Source of the DNA: Bacteroidia bacterium
GTDB taxonomy: Bacteria; Bacteroidota; Bacteroidia; B-17B0; Aurantibacillaceae
Direction of reading: 5' to 3'
Assembly (NCBI GenBank): GCA_035405785.1
Contig: DAONJS010000007.1
Coordinates: forward strand, 49,620-113,619
Length of the DNA stretch: 64,000 bases
Both the position numbers and the translations under genes were made by a program. Below the pieces are notes generated by a model. It did no database searches. It was not told where the DNA came from and worked only from the letters and a program-made list of their open reading frames with translations. Positions 45,408-54,643 of this stretch are shown in pieces. How positions within the stretch are numbered: the first letter of the stretch is position 1; each line of letters begins with the position of its first letter.

Positions 45408-48400
45408 TTATCTTACAAGGGTAATATAACCTTCTTTTTTGTATTCTTTTCCGTCTTTACCTGTGGCTTTAATAGTATAGAAGTAAGTTCCTGCAGGAGC
45501 ATCTTTTCCTCCTTTAGTTTTTCCATCCCACTGGATATTACCTTTATCAGTACTTACATTATACATTTCAGCTCCCCATCTGTCAAAAATAATACAATTT
45601 ATATCTGTCAGGTTTGCTGTGTGTAAAATAAAGTAATCATTTACACCATCCCCATTGGGTGTAAAGATATTGGGTACTTCCAGATCCGATGGAATATCTA
45701 CTTTTATGACTTTGTATGCGGTATCAACACAATTACCATTTTTAATTATCATTGTAACAGTATATGTACCGGGTGCATTGTAAGTAGTAGATGTGCCGGG
45801 TAAAGTTACACTTGGGTTAGCCGTTGTAATGACTGTTCCACCATTTCCAAATGACCAATAGTAAGTTAAGTTTGATGGATTTCCAAAACTACTATTATTG
45901 GTGAAGGCCACATCAAGTGGTGCAAAGCCCTCAGAAGGATTAGGAGTAAAGTCAGCATTAACAGTACCATTTACAACAGTAACATAATTTTGAGAAGCAC
46001 AACCTGTTGTAGTATTGGTAATAACAACTATATACTGACCACTATGAGTTACTGTGGGAGAATATCCAGTAATTGGAGTAATTGTTGAGCCTGGAGGTCC
46101 ATCCCATACATAAGTAATATTAGTACTTGGAGTTGTTCCGGCCTGAATAGTTGTTACTGTAGAACCACATTGTATAGTATAAGGACCTACCGCTGTTGTA
46201 GCTGGTGGAGTAGTATTACTACCTACTAAAACATTAGTGCAAGTTGTGCAACCATTACTATTTCTAGTTACACAAATTGTATAGGTTCCGGCACTATAAT
46301 AAGTAACAGGATTATTCAAATTATTGGTTTCTGTTGGTGCTGGTGTTGTCCAAGTAAATGTTAATGGATCTCCTATTGGATTAGGTGTAAATTGTAATGT
46401 AGCTTGTAAATCTTTACAGGTTAAGGCAGTTGGTGTAGCTTTTGCTGTTAGTCCCAATGGCTGTTTGTTTTGAAACATTGTTACCGGTATTTTTGTTTTG
46501 CAGCCATTTGATGGATTTGTTATCTCTACTGTGTATGTGCCTATCGTTGTTTGACTAATGTTTGTAGTACTATTCACTGATAATGTTTGTTGTGGCACTG
46601 TACCCGGTGTATACCAAATATATGTTACTCCACTTACAGGCGATGTCCCTGTAATTACCGCTGTGGAATATGTACAAGTCAATGTGTTCGTTGGTACATT
46701 CAAAGTATATCCACCTGCGGGTCTTAAAGTATCCATTCCAATAGTTACCGTTTGACATATTGTACATCCACCAGGAGCCGGGTCATAAGCACAGCCAATA
46801 TAATTACCAGGAGTGTTAAATGTAAATGTGTTATTAGTACTTAAAGTACTTGTACCATTTGACCAATATACCTGTGGGGCACCTCCGCCTGCTGCTTGTG
46901 TAGCATTGATAGTAAGTGTTACTGTATTTGGATTACATTTGATATTGAAATTATTATTTGTTGCTGTTAATGTCATCGTTGGTGCCGCTGTTGATTGCGT
47001 AGCCGCTACCGTATATGTATTGCTACAGCCATTGGCTATATTAGTGGCAACAAAAGTGTATGTTCCCGCAAAACCAGGCGTCAGTAAATTACCCGACAAT
47101 ACACCGCCTCCCGGTTGTAGCCAAGAATAGATAACATTTGCTGTTGGTGTTGAACTTCCTGTAAATGTTCCTGCTGTACCATTACAAGGTATATTGATAG
47201 AATTTGGTGTTACTGTAACTGATGGCACAGAAGTATAAACACCTACTGCAAATGTATTGGTGGTAATACAACCACTATTTGCATCTTGAGCAAAAACGGT
47301 ATATGTTCCAGATGAAGAAACGGTATAAGGATTCCCTGCAAATGTCCCACTGGAAATACTTGTAAAAGTATAACTTGGAGAGGCATTTGTATTAGTACTT
47401 ACAGCAGTAGCACTAACTGTTGGTTGATAACAAGTAAGGGTATCATCTGACAGTGAAATACTAAATGTTGGAATCACTGGTGCAGGGTTTATTGAAAAAA
47501 TCTGTGTTGCTGTACATCCCACGCTATCTCTGACAGTAACTGTATAATTACCAGCGGCTAAACCCGAAGCAGAAAAGGTATTTGCACTTGTTTGTGCGGT
47601 GCTTGTAGGTGCAGGCGTCCAGTTAATAGAAAAAGAACCACTACCTAAAGATGCTGTTGCTGTACATGCTGATAATGAGTTTGTACAAGATGGTTGAATA
47701 GGTGTAACTTGTAGTGCAGGTGCTGGTGAGTTGATTACAGTAATAGTTCTTGTTATAGGAGAACAAGCACCTGGAGGGTTCATAGTAAGTGTATAATTTC
47801 CAATTAAATTAGTTACAACAGCTTGAGTAGTTTGAGTAGGGAAACCAGCAGGTCCTTGCCATGTATATGGACCTAAACCAGGAGGTGCAGTTAGGGTAGC
47901 ACTGGTGTAACCACACATAGAAGCAGTAATGGTAGGAGATCCTGCAGGATAGGTATTTACAGTGGCTCCGTTGTCAGTTGTAATATCCATAGGAGAACAT
48001 AATGCATCAAAAAATGCATAACCATAGTGTCCTGATAAAGTACAATCACCTACAGTAATGTCTATAGTGATACAAGAACCAATAAATGGTGTAAGATCTG
48101 CAGAACTTACAATCCAGTTTGGAGTATAAGATAATCCTCCAGAATTTACCCAGCCAGAAAAAGTAGCTGAACAGCCAGTTGAAGGCGGTACTATGCTAAA
48201 TGTTGGACAAGTTGTAGGAGTAGGAGGACCAGTACAATTAGATGATACGCTAAAAGTAATTTTTACATAAGGTTGGTCACAACATGAATGACCAGGATTT
48301 TGAAGAACAGCCATAAAAGCAAACTGGAATAATGAATTAGAGGGGGTTACAGCAAATGTTTTTGAAATTCTTACTGCTTTTGCGCCAGCAGTGTTATTAT

Positions 48401-48920
48401 TTAATACAGCAACTTTAGTACCACCTAGTGGAGAATTAGGTATGTTGGTTAATGGACTTCCACCATAAGGATTTGCTGCAGGTGTTGTTAATATACTTGC
48501 TAACCCAGGACCGCCACCACAGCATCCAGCCATAGAACAAGAATTACTATTACTACCTTGATTTACCGTCCAACCTGTAAAATTACCTAATTCAAAATCT
48601 TCATTGTTACAAGCTGTTGTTTGAATTGAAGGTGGAGTAGTATTTTTGGTAATCCATCCTAAATAATCAGTGGGTTCGTATTTTTGTAAGTTGTATTTTT
48701 GAATAATAAATTCTCTTTTCTTTTTGTAAAGAAAATACTTTAATTCTGTTGAAGTACAATTATTGGCTAAACCTTCTTGGATAGCAAACTCTTCATTAAA
48801 GCCATATAATGAGTCGGCATCAAAAGGATAAGCAATGAGTTTTTGAACATCAACTTGTGCCTGCACATTAAATAATACAAATGCAGACAGAACGCCGAGT
48901 AAGTAATTGATTTTTCTCAT
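45408..48920 (-). CDS. Large repetitive adhesin-like protein with PKD-like domain and T9SS type B (gliding-motility-associated) C-terminal sorting domain
   Basis: Signal peptide and about 9 Thr/Ser/Pro/Gly-rich Ig-like modules, each ending in a G-C motif (NSGCITTNTF, ANGCSNTYTV, SNGCTTCTNV...). PKD-like FTPNPSEGFAPLDVAFTNNS. C-terminus VPNIFTPNGDGVNDYF...FDRWG...WDGK...GTYFYTI...GYITLVR. Confidence 0.8.
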   Translation of the reverse strand: MRKINYLLGVLSAFVLFNVQAQVDVQKLIAYPFDADSLYGFNEEFAIQEGLANNCTSTELKYFLYKKKREFIIQKYNLQKYEPTDYLGWITKNTTPPSIQTTACNNEDFELGNFTGWTVNQGSNSNSCSMAGCCGGGPGLASILTTPAANPYGGSPLTNIPNSPLGGTKVAVLNNNTAGAKAVRISKTFAVTPSNSLFQFAFMAVLQNPGHSCCDQPYVKITFSVSSNCTGPPTPTTCPTFSIVPPSTGCSATFSGWVNSGGLSYTPNWIVSSADLTPFIGSCITIDITVGDCTLSGHYGYAFFDALCSPMDITTDNGATVNTYPAGSPTITASMCGYTSATLTAPPGLGPYTWQGPAGFPTQTTQAVVTNLIGNYTLTMNPPGACSPITRTITVINSPAPALQVTPIQPSCTNSLSACTATASLGSGSFSINWTPAPTSTAQTSANTFSASGLAAGNYTVTVRDSVGCTATQIFSINPAPVIPTFSISLSDDTLTCYQPTVSATAVSTNTNASPSYTFTSISSGTFAGNPYTVSSSGTYTVFAQDANSGCITTNTFAVGVYTSVPSVTVTPNSINIPCNGTAGTFTGSSTPTANVIYSWLQPGGGVLSGNLLTPGFAGTYTFVATNIANGCSNTYTVAATQSTAAPTMTLTATNNNFNIKCNPNTVTLTINATQAAGGGAPQVYWSNGTSTLSTNNTFTFNTPGNYIGCAYDPAPGGCTICQTVTIGMDTLRPAGGYTLNVPTNTLTCTYSTAVITGTSPVSGVTYIWYTPGTVPQQTLSVNSTTNISQTTIGTYTVEITNPSNGCKTKIPVTMFQNKQPLGLTAKATPTALTCKDLQATLQFTPNPIGDPLTFTWTTPAPTETNNLNNPVTYYSAGTYTICVTRNSNGCTTCTNVLVGSNTTPPATTAVGPYTIQCGSTVTTIQAGTTPSTNITYVWDGPPGSTITPITGYSPTVTHSGQYIVVITNTTTGCASQNYVTVVNGTVNADFTPNPSEGFAPLDVAFTNNSSFGNPSNLTYYWSFGNGGTVITTANPSVTLPGTSTTYNAPGTYTVTMIIKNGNCVDTAYKVIKVDIPSDLEVPNIFTPNGDGVNDYFILHTANLTDINCIIFDRWGAEMYNVSTDKGNIQWDGKTKGGKDAPAGTYFYTIKATGKDGKEYKKEGYITLVR

Positions 48921-49017
48921 AGTTTTAAATTTAATTTAAGGTTTAATTTTAATTTTGGGCAAAAATAATTAAATTTTTTTTGTCTTACCATAAAAATAAT
49001 TATCGTGCCAAAGATTG

Positions 49018-49887
49018 TTAAATTTTTTCTTTTGATAATTTCCATCTTTTATGAGACCATAACCAAAATTCCGGATATTCTTTAATACTTTGTTCTAAAT
49101 CTTTCATAAATTGGGTCATAATTGGATATTCAATTTTTTCATTTATCTGTATTTTTTTTGCATCTATAAAATAATATCCTTTTTTATACTTTACAGGATA
49201 TACTATTACGGTTACAGGAATAGCATTAATTTTTTGAGTAATTTTTTCGGGACCATAATAAACGGCGGTATATTGATTGAGAAATTTTGTCCAAAATGAA
49301 TTTTGGAGTGAAGGACTTTGGTCTGCAATGAATGCAAATACATTAGATTGATGTTGCTGGCTTAACATAAATTTTGGTGCGGCATTCATTGGTAAAAGTT
49401 GCGTGCCCATTCGGCTTCTTATTTTTTTCATTATTTTGTCAAATGTTTTGTTAGATAAGGGATGATAAACTACATATAATTTTTGTGGAAAATAAAGATT
49501 AAATGCTGCTCCCGCCCATTCCCAATTTCCAAAATGTCCCATTAGGGCAACAATATTTTTATTTTGTGAATAATTTTTTTGAAAAATTTCTTTGAATGAG
49601 TCAGAAAATTGACATCTTTTTGCCAATTCATTTTTAGATATAGAACATAGTTTCAAAGTTTCAACTATCCATTGAACAAAAAAGCGATAGAATTTTTTTT
49701 CTATTTGAATAATTTCGGATAATTTTTTTTCAGGGAATGAATTCAATAAATTTTTTCTTACTACATCTCTGCGGTAGCGAATGATATAATACAAAATGAA
49801 AGCAAAAACATCTGAAATAAAATATAATACAGGTAGTGGTAATAAGGATAAAAGATAAATGCAAGAGTATGTAATGTAGTAAAGCAT
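49018..49887 (-). CDS. LpxL/HtrB-family lipid A (Kdo2-lipid IVA-type) late acyltransferase-like protein
   Basis: N-terminal TM and HX4E motif MGHFGNWEW. Length ~290 aa. Confidence 0.75.
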   Translation of the reverse strand: MLYYITYSCIYLLSLLPLPVLYFISDVFAFILYYIIRYRRDVVRKNLLNSFPEKKLSEIIQIEKKFYRFFVQWIVETLKLCSISKNELAKRCQFSDSFKEIFQKNYSQNKNIVALMGHFGNWEWAGAAFNLYFPQKLYVVYHPLSNKTFDKIMKKIRSRMGTQLLPMNAAPKFMLSQQHQSNVFAFIADQSPSLQNSFWTKFLNQYTAVYYGPEKITQKINAIPVTVIVYPVKYKKGYYFIDAKKIQINEKIEYPIMTQFMKDLEQSIKEYPEFWLWSHKRWKLSKEKI

Positions 49888-51299
49888 TAAATAAATTTAC
49901 ATTTTCTGCTTGCAAACAAACACATTTTCAATAAAATTAAGCCGTGTTTAAACCGTGAGATATTAGTAGTGCCGTAAGTTCTTTCTCTGTAGCGAATAGG
50001 CACTTCTACTATTTTGAGATTAAGTTTATGTGCTCCAAAAAGTAAATCAAAATCTCCAAAGGGGTCAAAATCTCCAAAATAATTGCGGTTTTTAATTAAT
50101 TTTTCATAATCATTTTTGAATAAAACTTTTGTGCCACAAAGAGTATCTTTGAATCTTTGTTCTAATAAGAAAGAAAATAACCAACTGAAAAAATGATTGC
50201 CTAAGTAATTCAAAAAACGCATTGCTCCTTTTTCCATTGGATAAACAAGACGAGTGCCGTTAATAAAATCACCTTTGTTTTGAACAATGGCATTGTAAAA
50301 CTTTGGTAAATCTTCAGGTGGAACAGTTAAGTCAGCATCTAAAATCATTAATATATCTCCAGAAGCGTGTTTAAATCCTTCTCTTACAGCATCGGCTTTG
50401 CCCTTTCCGGGTTGTTTGAAAATTTTGATGTCGTGTGTTTCTTTATATTTTTCTTTTACCTGTTGGATAACTTCCCATGTATTATCGGTGCTATTTCCTT
50501 CTACAAAAATGAGTTCTGTGTGTCTGCCCATTTTAGGTGTTCTTAAAACTGCGGCTTCAATATTACCTGCTTCATTTCTGGCAGGTATAACAACAGATAC
50601 GATATATTCTTCATTAGTATTTTCGCAAGGTAATTTTTTAGCAAATGAAAAATGATTAATGTTGAAGTAACGAATAAGTGGAAGTTTTGCAAGATATTTA
50701 TTGATAAAGGTAGAAAGCAAAGGAATATAAAATGGGAAAAGAGTTTGTCGGGAATTGCGATAAACTTCAAAGCCAGCAAGGTATAGCAGGTTATTGACAT
50801 CATTACTTGTAAGCCAGTTTTGAATGGGGGCTTTTGATTTGATGCCAATTAGTTCAGAAAATTTGATAATGGGTTCCCAAAAAGAGTTGTAATACTGAAT
50901 GATAATTTTTGTGCGAGAGTGAGAAATTTTATGTAGTTGTTCTAAAAACTTTTGTATATCTTCAATAAAGCCAATGAGGTTGCTAATAATGATGAGGTCA
51001 AATTTTTTATTTAATTGAATGTTATTAGCATCCATTACAATGAAATCAATATTCAGGTGACCATATTTTTCTTTTGCCCATTTGATTTGTTCTTCTGAAA
51101 AATCAATACCTGTTTTGTCTTTACCTTTTACTTTTGCAATTAAATCGCCACTTCCACAACCTATTTCAAGCACAGTATCATCTTCGTGTGTAAAATACTG
51201 AATGTAATTAGTTATTTCATTCCAATAGTAAGCATTGATAGTTCTTTTTTTTCTTTTTAGAGCAAGAGCGTTGAAGTAATTTATGATGTCTTGTTTCAT
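49887..51299 (-). CDS. Fusion of class I SAM methyltransferase (N) and family 2 glycosyltransferase (C)
   Basis: VLEIGCGSGDL SAM motif. GT2 part VSVVIPARNEAGNI...FVEGNSTDNT...ILDADLT. ATG at 51299 forms an ATGA overlap with the FkbM stop. Confidence 0.8.
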   Translation of the reverse strand: MKQDIINYFNALALKRKKRTINAYYWNEITNYIQYFTHEDDTVLEIGCGSGDLIAKVKGKDKTGIDFSEEQIKWAKEKYGHLNIDFIVMDANNIQLNKKFDLIIISNLIGFIEDIQKFLEQLHKISHSRTKIIIQYYNSFWEPIIKFSELIGIKSKAPIQNWLTSNDVNNLLYLAGFEVYRNSRQTLFPFYIPLLSTFINKYLAKLPLIRYFNINHFSFAKKLPCENTNEEYIVSVVIPARNEAGNIEAAVLRTPKMGRHTELIFVEGNSTDNTWEVIQQVKEKYKETHDIKIFKQPGKGKADAVREGFKHASGDILMILDADLTVPPEDLPKFYNAIVQNKGDFINGTRLVYPMEKGAMRFLNYLGNHFFSWLFSFLLEQRFKDTLCGTKVLFKNDYEKLIKNRNYFGDFDPFGDFDLLFGAHKLNLKIVEVPIRYRERTYGTTNISRFKHGLILLKMCLFASRKCKFI

Positions 51300-52039
51300 A
51301 TTTTTGAGCAATATAAATGGTAATTTACATCTGGCGAATAAGATAAATTATTTTCAATGTTTGTAGTCGGCAATAATTTTCCATTATTGAATAAATAGAT
51401 ATTGAAGTTTAAATCTTTAAGCAAGTTGATAATTTGAATAGGTTGAATACCTGTTTTTTGAATTCCATAAGGCCAAAATTCCATAAATAATTTTATGTTG
51501 ATATTATTTTTCAAAGTATTTGTCATTCCTGATAATGCATAGTATTCATACCCTTGAATATCCATTTTAATAAAATCAACTTTTGAAATTTTATTCAATG
51601 ATAAAAAGTCATCTAATGAAAAAGCATTTACAATATCAAGTGGAGAATCTGTTTTTTTTGTAGGATATGTTCTGAAATCAACATTTAAGCCAAATTCTGA
51701 TGGGTAAATTTTAATTGTGTCAGTTTTATCAGAAATGGCAGCATTTATACATTGAACATTTTTTAAATGCTTTGTATTTTGTAATAATTTTTGAAAATTA
51801 TTTTTTTCTGGTTCAAAAGCAAAAACTCTTCCTGCATCATTAACTATTTTTGAAAAAAGTATAGAGTAAAAACCTATATTAGCACCTATATCAACAACAA
51901 AATTATTATTTTCAATTACAGATTTAAAAAATAATATCTCATTTTTTTCAAATATATTTTTGTATGTAAAATACAATGGCTTGTAAATGCTATAAGAATT
52001 TTTGTAAAGAATTTCTCCTAATTTTTGTGCTAAAAACAT
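51296..52039 (-). CDS. FkbM-family methyltransferase
   Basis: VVDIGANIGFYS...VFAFEPEKNNF and DFIKMDIQGYEYYAL. Confidence 0.8.
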   Translation of the reverse strand: MFLAQKLGEILYKNSYSIYKPLYFTYKNIFEKNEILFFKSVIENNNFVVDIGANIGFYSILFSKIVNDAGRVFAFEPEKNNFQKLLQNTKHLKNVQCINAAISDKTDTIKIYPSEFGLNVDFRTYPTKKTDSPLDIVNAFSLDDFLSLNKISKVDFIKMDIQGYEYYALSGMTNTLKNNINIKLFMEFWPYGIQKTGIQPIQIINLLKDLNFNIYLFNNGKLLPTTNIENNLSYSPDVNYHLYCSKI

Positions 52040-52042
52040 AAA

Positions 52043-53737
52043 TTATTCATCATATTTAAATTCAAAAACATAGCAAGGTTCAACTTCACCTTCTGTATGA
52101 ATTAATTTTAATTTTTGTGGATATTTTTTTGAAATGGGTTCTAATATATTATCTATCGTATTAATGTATTGGCCTGTATTTTTTGTTGGGTCAATTCTTA
52201 ATCGCGGCATTAAAATATGAGTAACACCATTTTGTTTAAAGAATGCTAATGCACTATCAGGATTGGATTGATTAGTAGTTTCATCTTTTTTAATAACACT
52301 ATAAATTGGAAAGAATTTTCTTTTGCCATAAATAAAACTCATAGGTGCTTTTCTGCTTGCTACATAAGCATTAGGGGGTAAATTTTTTCCGCACCATTCG
52401 CTTGCTTTCAAAAAGTTTTGCCAATCGGGAGTGTATCCGTAATAAATATCGCCTTGAAAGTTTTTTAGAGTGATAGGTAAGTTTGTAATTGTTCTTTTAA
52501 AAGTTGAGAGTATAATTGAAACAGATAAAATTAAAACTGTCAGTAAAGAAATTAATTTCCAAAAATTAGAACGGAGAAACTTTTCAAATAAATAAAAGTA
52601 AATAATGAACATAAAAGGCATTCCAACGAGAACAAATCTTGGCTGATCCCATCTGGTTTGTAATACAAAGAAAGTAGAACCTAATAATGCAGTGCAATAA
52701 ACACCTACAAATCCAATGAGATATTTTCTATTTCTAAATGCAATGATTGTTCCTAAAATCAAAGCCGTCCACATCATTAGTGGAAATAACATATTGGTTG
52801 ATGTGTTATCTTCAGATTTTAAACCTAAAATTTGAAAAAATCTTTTACTAAAATATAATTCAGTGTTTCCAAAAAATCTTTCTACAAATCCCCAAAAATC
52901 ATCATATCCTTGAGAAGCATCGTAAGGGTCTTTTTGAAGTAAAATATTAGATTGACTACCGTATTGATTAGTGGTGGCATCTTTCCAGATTAATTTAATT
53001 GCAATTCTAAAAATAACCTGAAAAATGCCGTAAAATGCAAGAAAGTAAGGAATTTTTTTTCTGTATGGTTTAATTAAGTATAAAAAAATAACAATAGCTG
53101 GAACAACAGAAATGGATATATTTCTTGTAATGTTTAATAGAAAAACGAAAAATGATAGTAACAAGATATTTTTAATAGATTTTTTTTCATCTAATTTATC
53201 GGTAATGACTAAAACACGGCTTAAATAATAAACCATACCAAATTGTATAAACATATACATTTGTTCAGTAAAGGTCATTGAAGAAAAATAAATCATTAAA
53301 TGATTAATTGATAAAAATAACATTAAAAACATAAAAAACACATTAGGAATTATTCCTTTGAAAGTTTTAAAAGCAAAGTAAATAGTTCCAATGTGAAAAA
53401 AAACATTAAATAATTTGAAAATAAATATATTAAATCCAAAAATTTTCATTAAAAAAGCAAGAAACATTGGATATAGAGGAGCATTGGCAGTGTAGAAATA
53501 TTTTGGAAATTCATTAATAAATCTGTATGCGGCTTCTATGTATAGAGCATCGTCGTGAGCTTCGCTGATTTTAAAATTAAAATTAAGGAAGTCAAAAATA
53601 AGTGTGAGTAGTAGAAAAATTACTAATAATTTATTTTCTGAAATACTTTCAATTTTTTTATTCCATTTATCAAATAAACTAATTTTATTTTTTGTCTGTG
53701 ATTTGGTAGAGGTAGAAATTTTCTTTTTTTCTTTCAT
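52043..53737 (-). CDS. Polytopic GT-C-type glycosyltransferase (ArnT/PMT-like) with C-terminal soluble domain
   Basis: About 11 TM spans. Acidic first-loop motif EAHDDALYIEAAY, resembling the GT-C DD/DE motif. About 130-aa non-membrane C-terminus. Confidence 0.55.
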   Translation of the reverse strand: MKEKKKISTSTKSQTKNKISLFDKWNKKIESISENKLLVIFLLLTLIFDFLNFNFKISEAHDDALYIEAAYRFINEFPKYFYTANAPLYPMFLAFLMKIFGFNIFIFKLFNVFFHIGTIYFAFKTFKGIIPNVFFMFLMLFLSINHLMIYFSSMTFTEQMYMFIQFGMVYYLSRVLVITDKLDEKKSIKNILLLSFFVFLLNITRNISISVVPAIVIFLYLIKPYRKKIPYFLAFYGIFQVIFRIAIKLIWKDATTNQYGSQSNILLQKDPYDASQGYDDFWGFVERFFGNTELYFSKRFFQILGLKSEDNTSTNMLFPLMMWTALILGTIIAFRNRKYLIGFVGVYCTALLGSTFFVLQTRWDQPRFVLVGMPFMFIIYFYLFEKFLRSNFWKLISLLTVLILSVSIILSTFKRTITNLPITLKNFQGDIYYGYTPDWQNFLKASEWCGKNLPPNAYVASRKAPMSFIYGKRKFFPIYSVIKKDETTNQSNPDSALAFFKQNGVTHILMPRLRIDPTKNTGQYINTIDNILEPISKKYPQKLKLIHTEGEVEPCYVFEFKYDE

Positions 53738-53742
53738 AATGT

Positions 53743-54468
53743 TTATGCTTTTTCGCCGTAAATAATTACAGAACCAGCAATTTCTTTTATTAAAGGAATT
53801 TTTTCTAATAATAATGACATTTTAAAAACTACAGGAATTAAGAATTTTGGTGTTATTGGATGAAGAAAATCGTATGGAAATATATTTACATTTTTAAATC
53901 CTATATTTTCCATTTTCTTTTTGAATTGCCATCTTACAATGGCTGTCTCATCAGGTGAATCGCCTAACCATTTTTTAATAAACGGAACATTTTTTTGAAT
54001 AAAAATTTGAGGATTAATCATATTAGGTTCTGCAAAAACCATTCTGCCGCCAGGTTTCAAAACTCTGAAAATTTCTTTTAAAGATAAATCTAAATCTAAA
54101 TGGTGTATAACAGAACTCCCATAAACTACATCAAATGTATTATTACTAAATGATGTATTCATTGCATTTTCTTCAATAAACTCAACGGGCAAATTTCTTT
54201 TTTGAGCTAACTCTAATAAATCTTTTGACAAATCTATAGCTGTAATTTTACATTTTGTTTTATTATATATTTTTTCTGTAAACAAACCTGAACCACAGCC
54301 AATTTCTAAACAATAATCTGTATTTTTAATATTTGCAGTTGAAATTAGTAAATCAGATCTTCTTTCTGCCCTTACTTTTCCTGATGGAGTTCCCCATCCC
54401 CATATATCTTCAGCGTTTTCTTTAATTTTTTTGCCGTGTTCTATTTCATTTATCAATCTTTTATCCAT
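53743..54468 (-). CDS. Class I SAM-dependent methyltransferase
   Basis: CLEIGCGSGLFT, then VYGSSVIHHL and LKPGGRMVF. Confidence 0.8.
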   Translation of the reverse strand: MDKRLINEIEHGKKIKENAEDIWGWGTPSGKVRAERRSDLLISTANIKNTDYCLEIGCGSGLFTEKIYNKTKCKITAIDLSKDLLELAQKRNLPVEFIEENAMNTSFSNNTFDVVYGSSVIHHLDLDLSLKEIFRVLKPGGRMVFAEPNMINPQIFIQKNVPFIKKWLGDSPDETAIVRWQFKKKMENIGFKNVNIFPYDFLHPITPKFLIPVVFKMSLLLEKIPLIKEIAGSVIIYGEKA

Positions 54469-54643
54469 TAATTTTTTTGCACAATAATAGAAAATATTTT
54501 TCTGTATTTTTGAATAAATTAAAAGTATTTAATATCTTAAAAAATCAAACAATGACTTAAAAATATGAATAAAATTGATGATAAAAGATTTAAACAACTA
54601 AGCAAAAACTTAAGTTACTTTTTAGCAATTTAAGATAATAATC

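Noticed and set aside
46558-47130. ORFs 46558-46755(+), 46570-46767(-) and 46813-47130(+) inside the adhesin gene
   Set aside because: These are antisense or shadow frames of a Thr/Gly/Val-rich repetitive gene. The long open frames are a compositional artefact.
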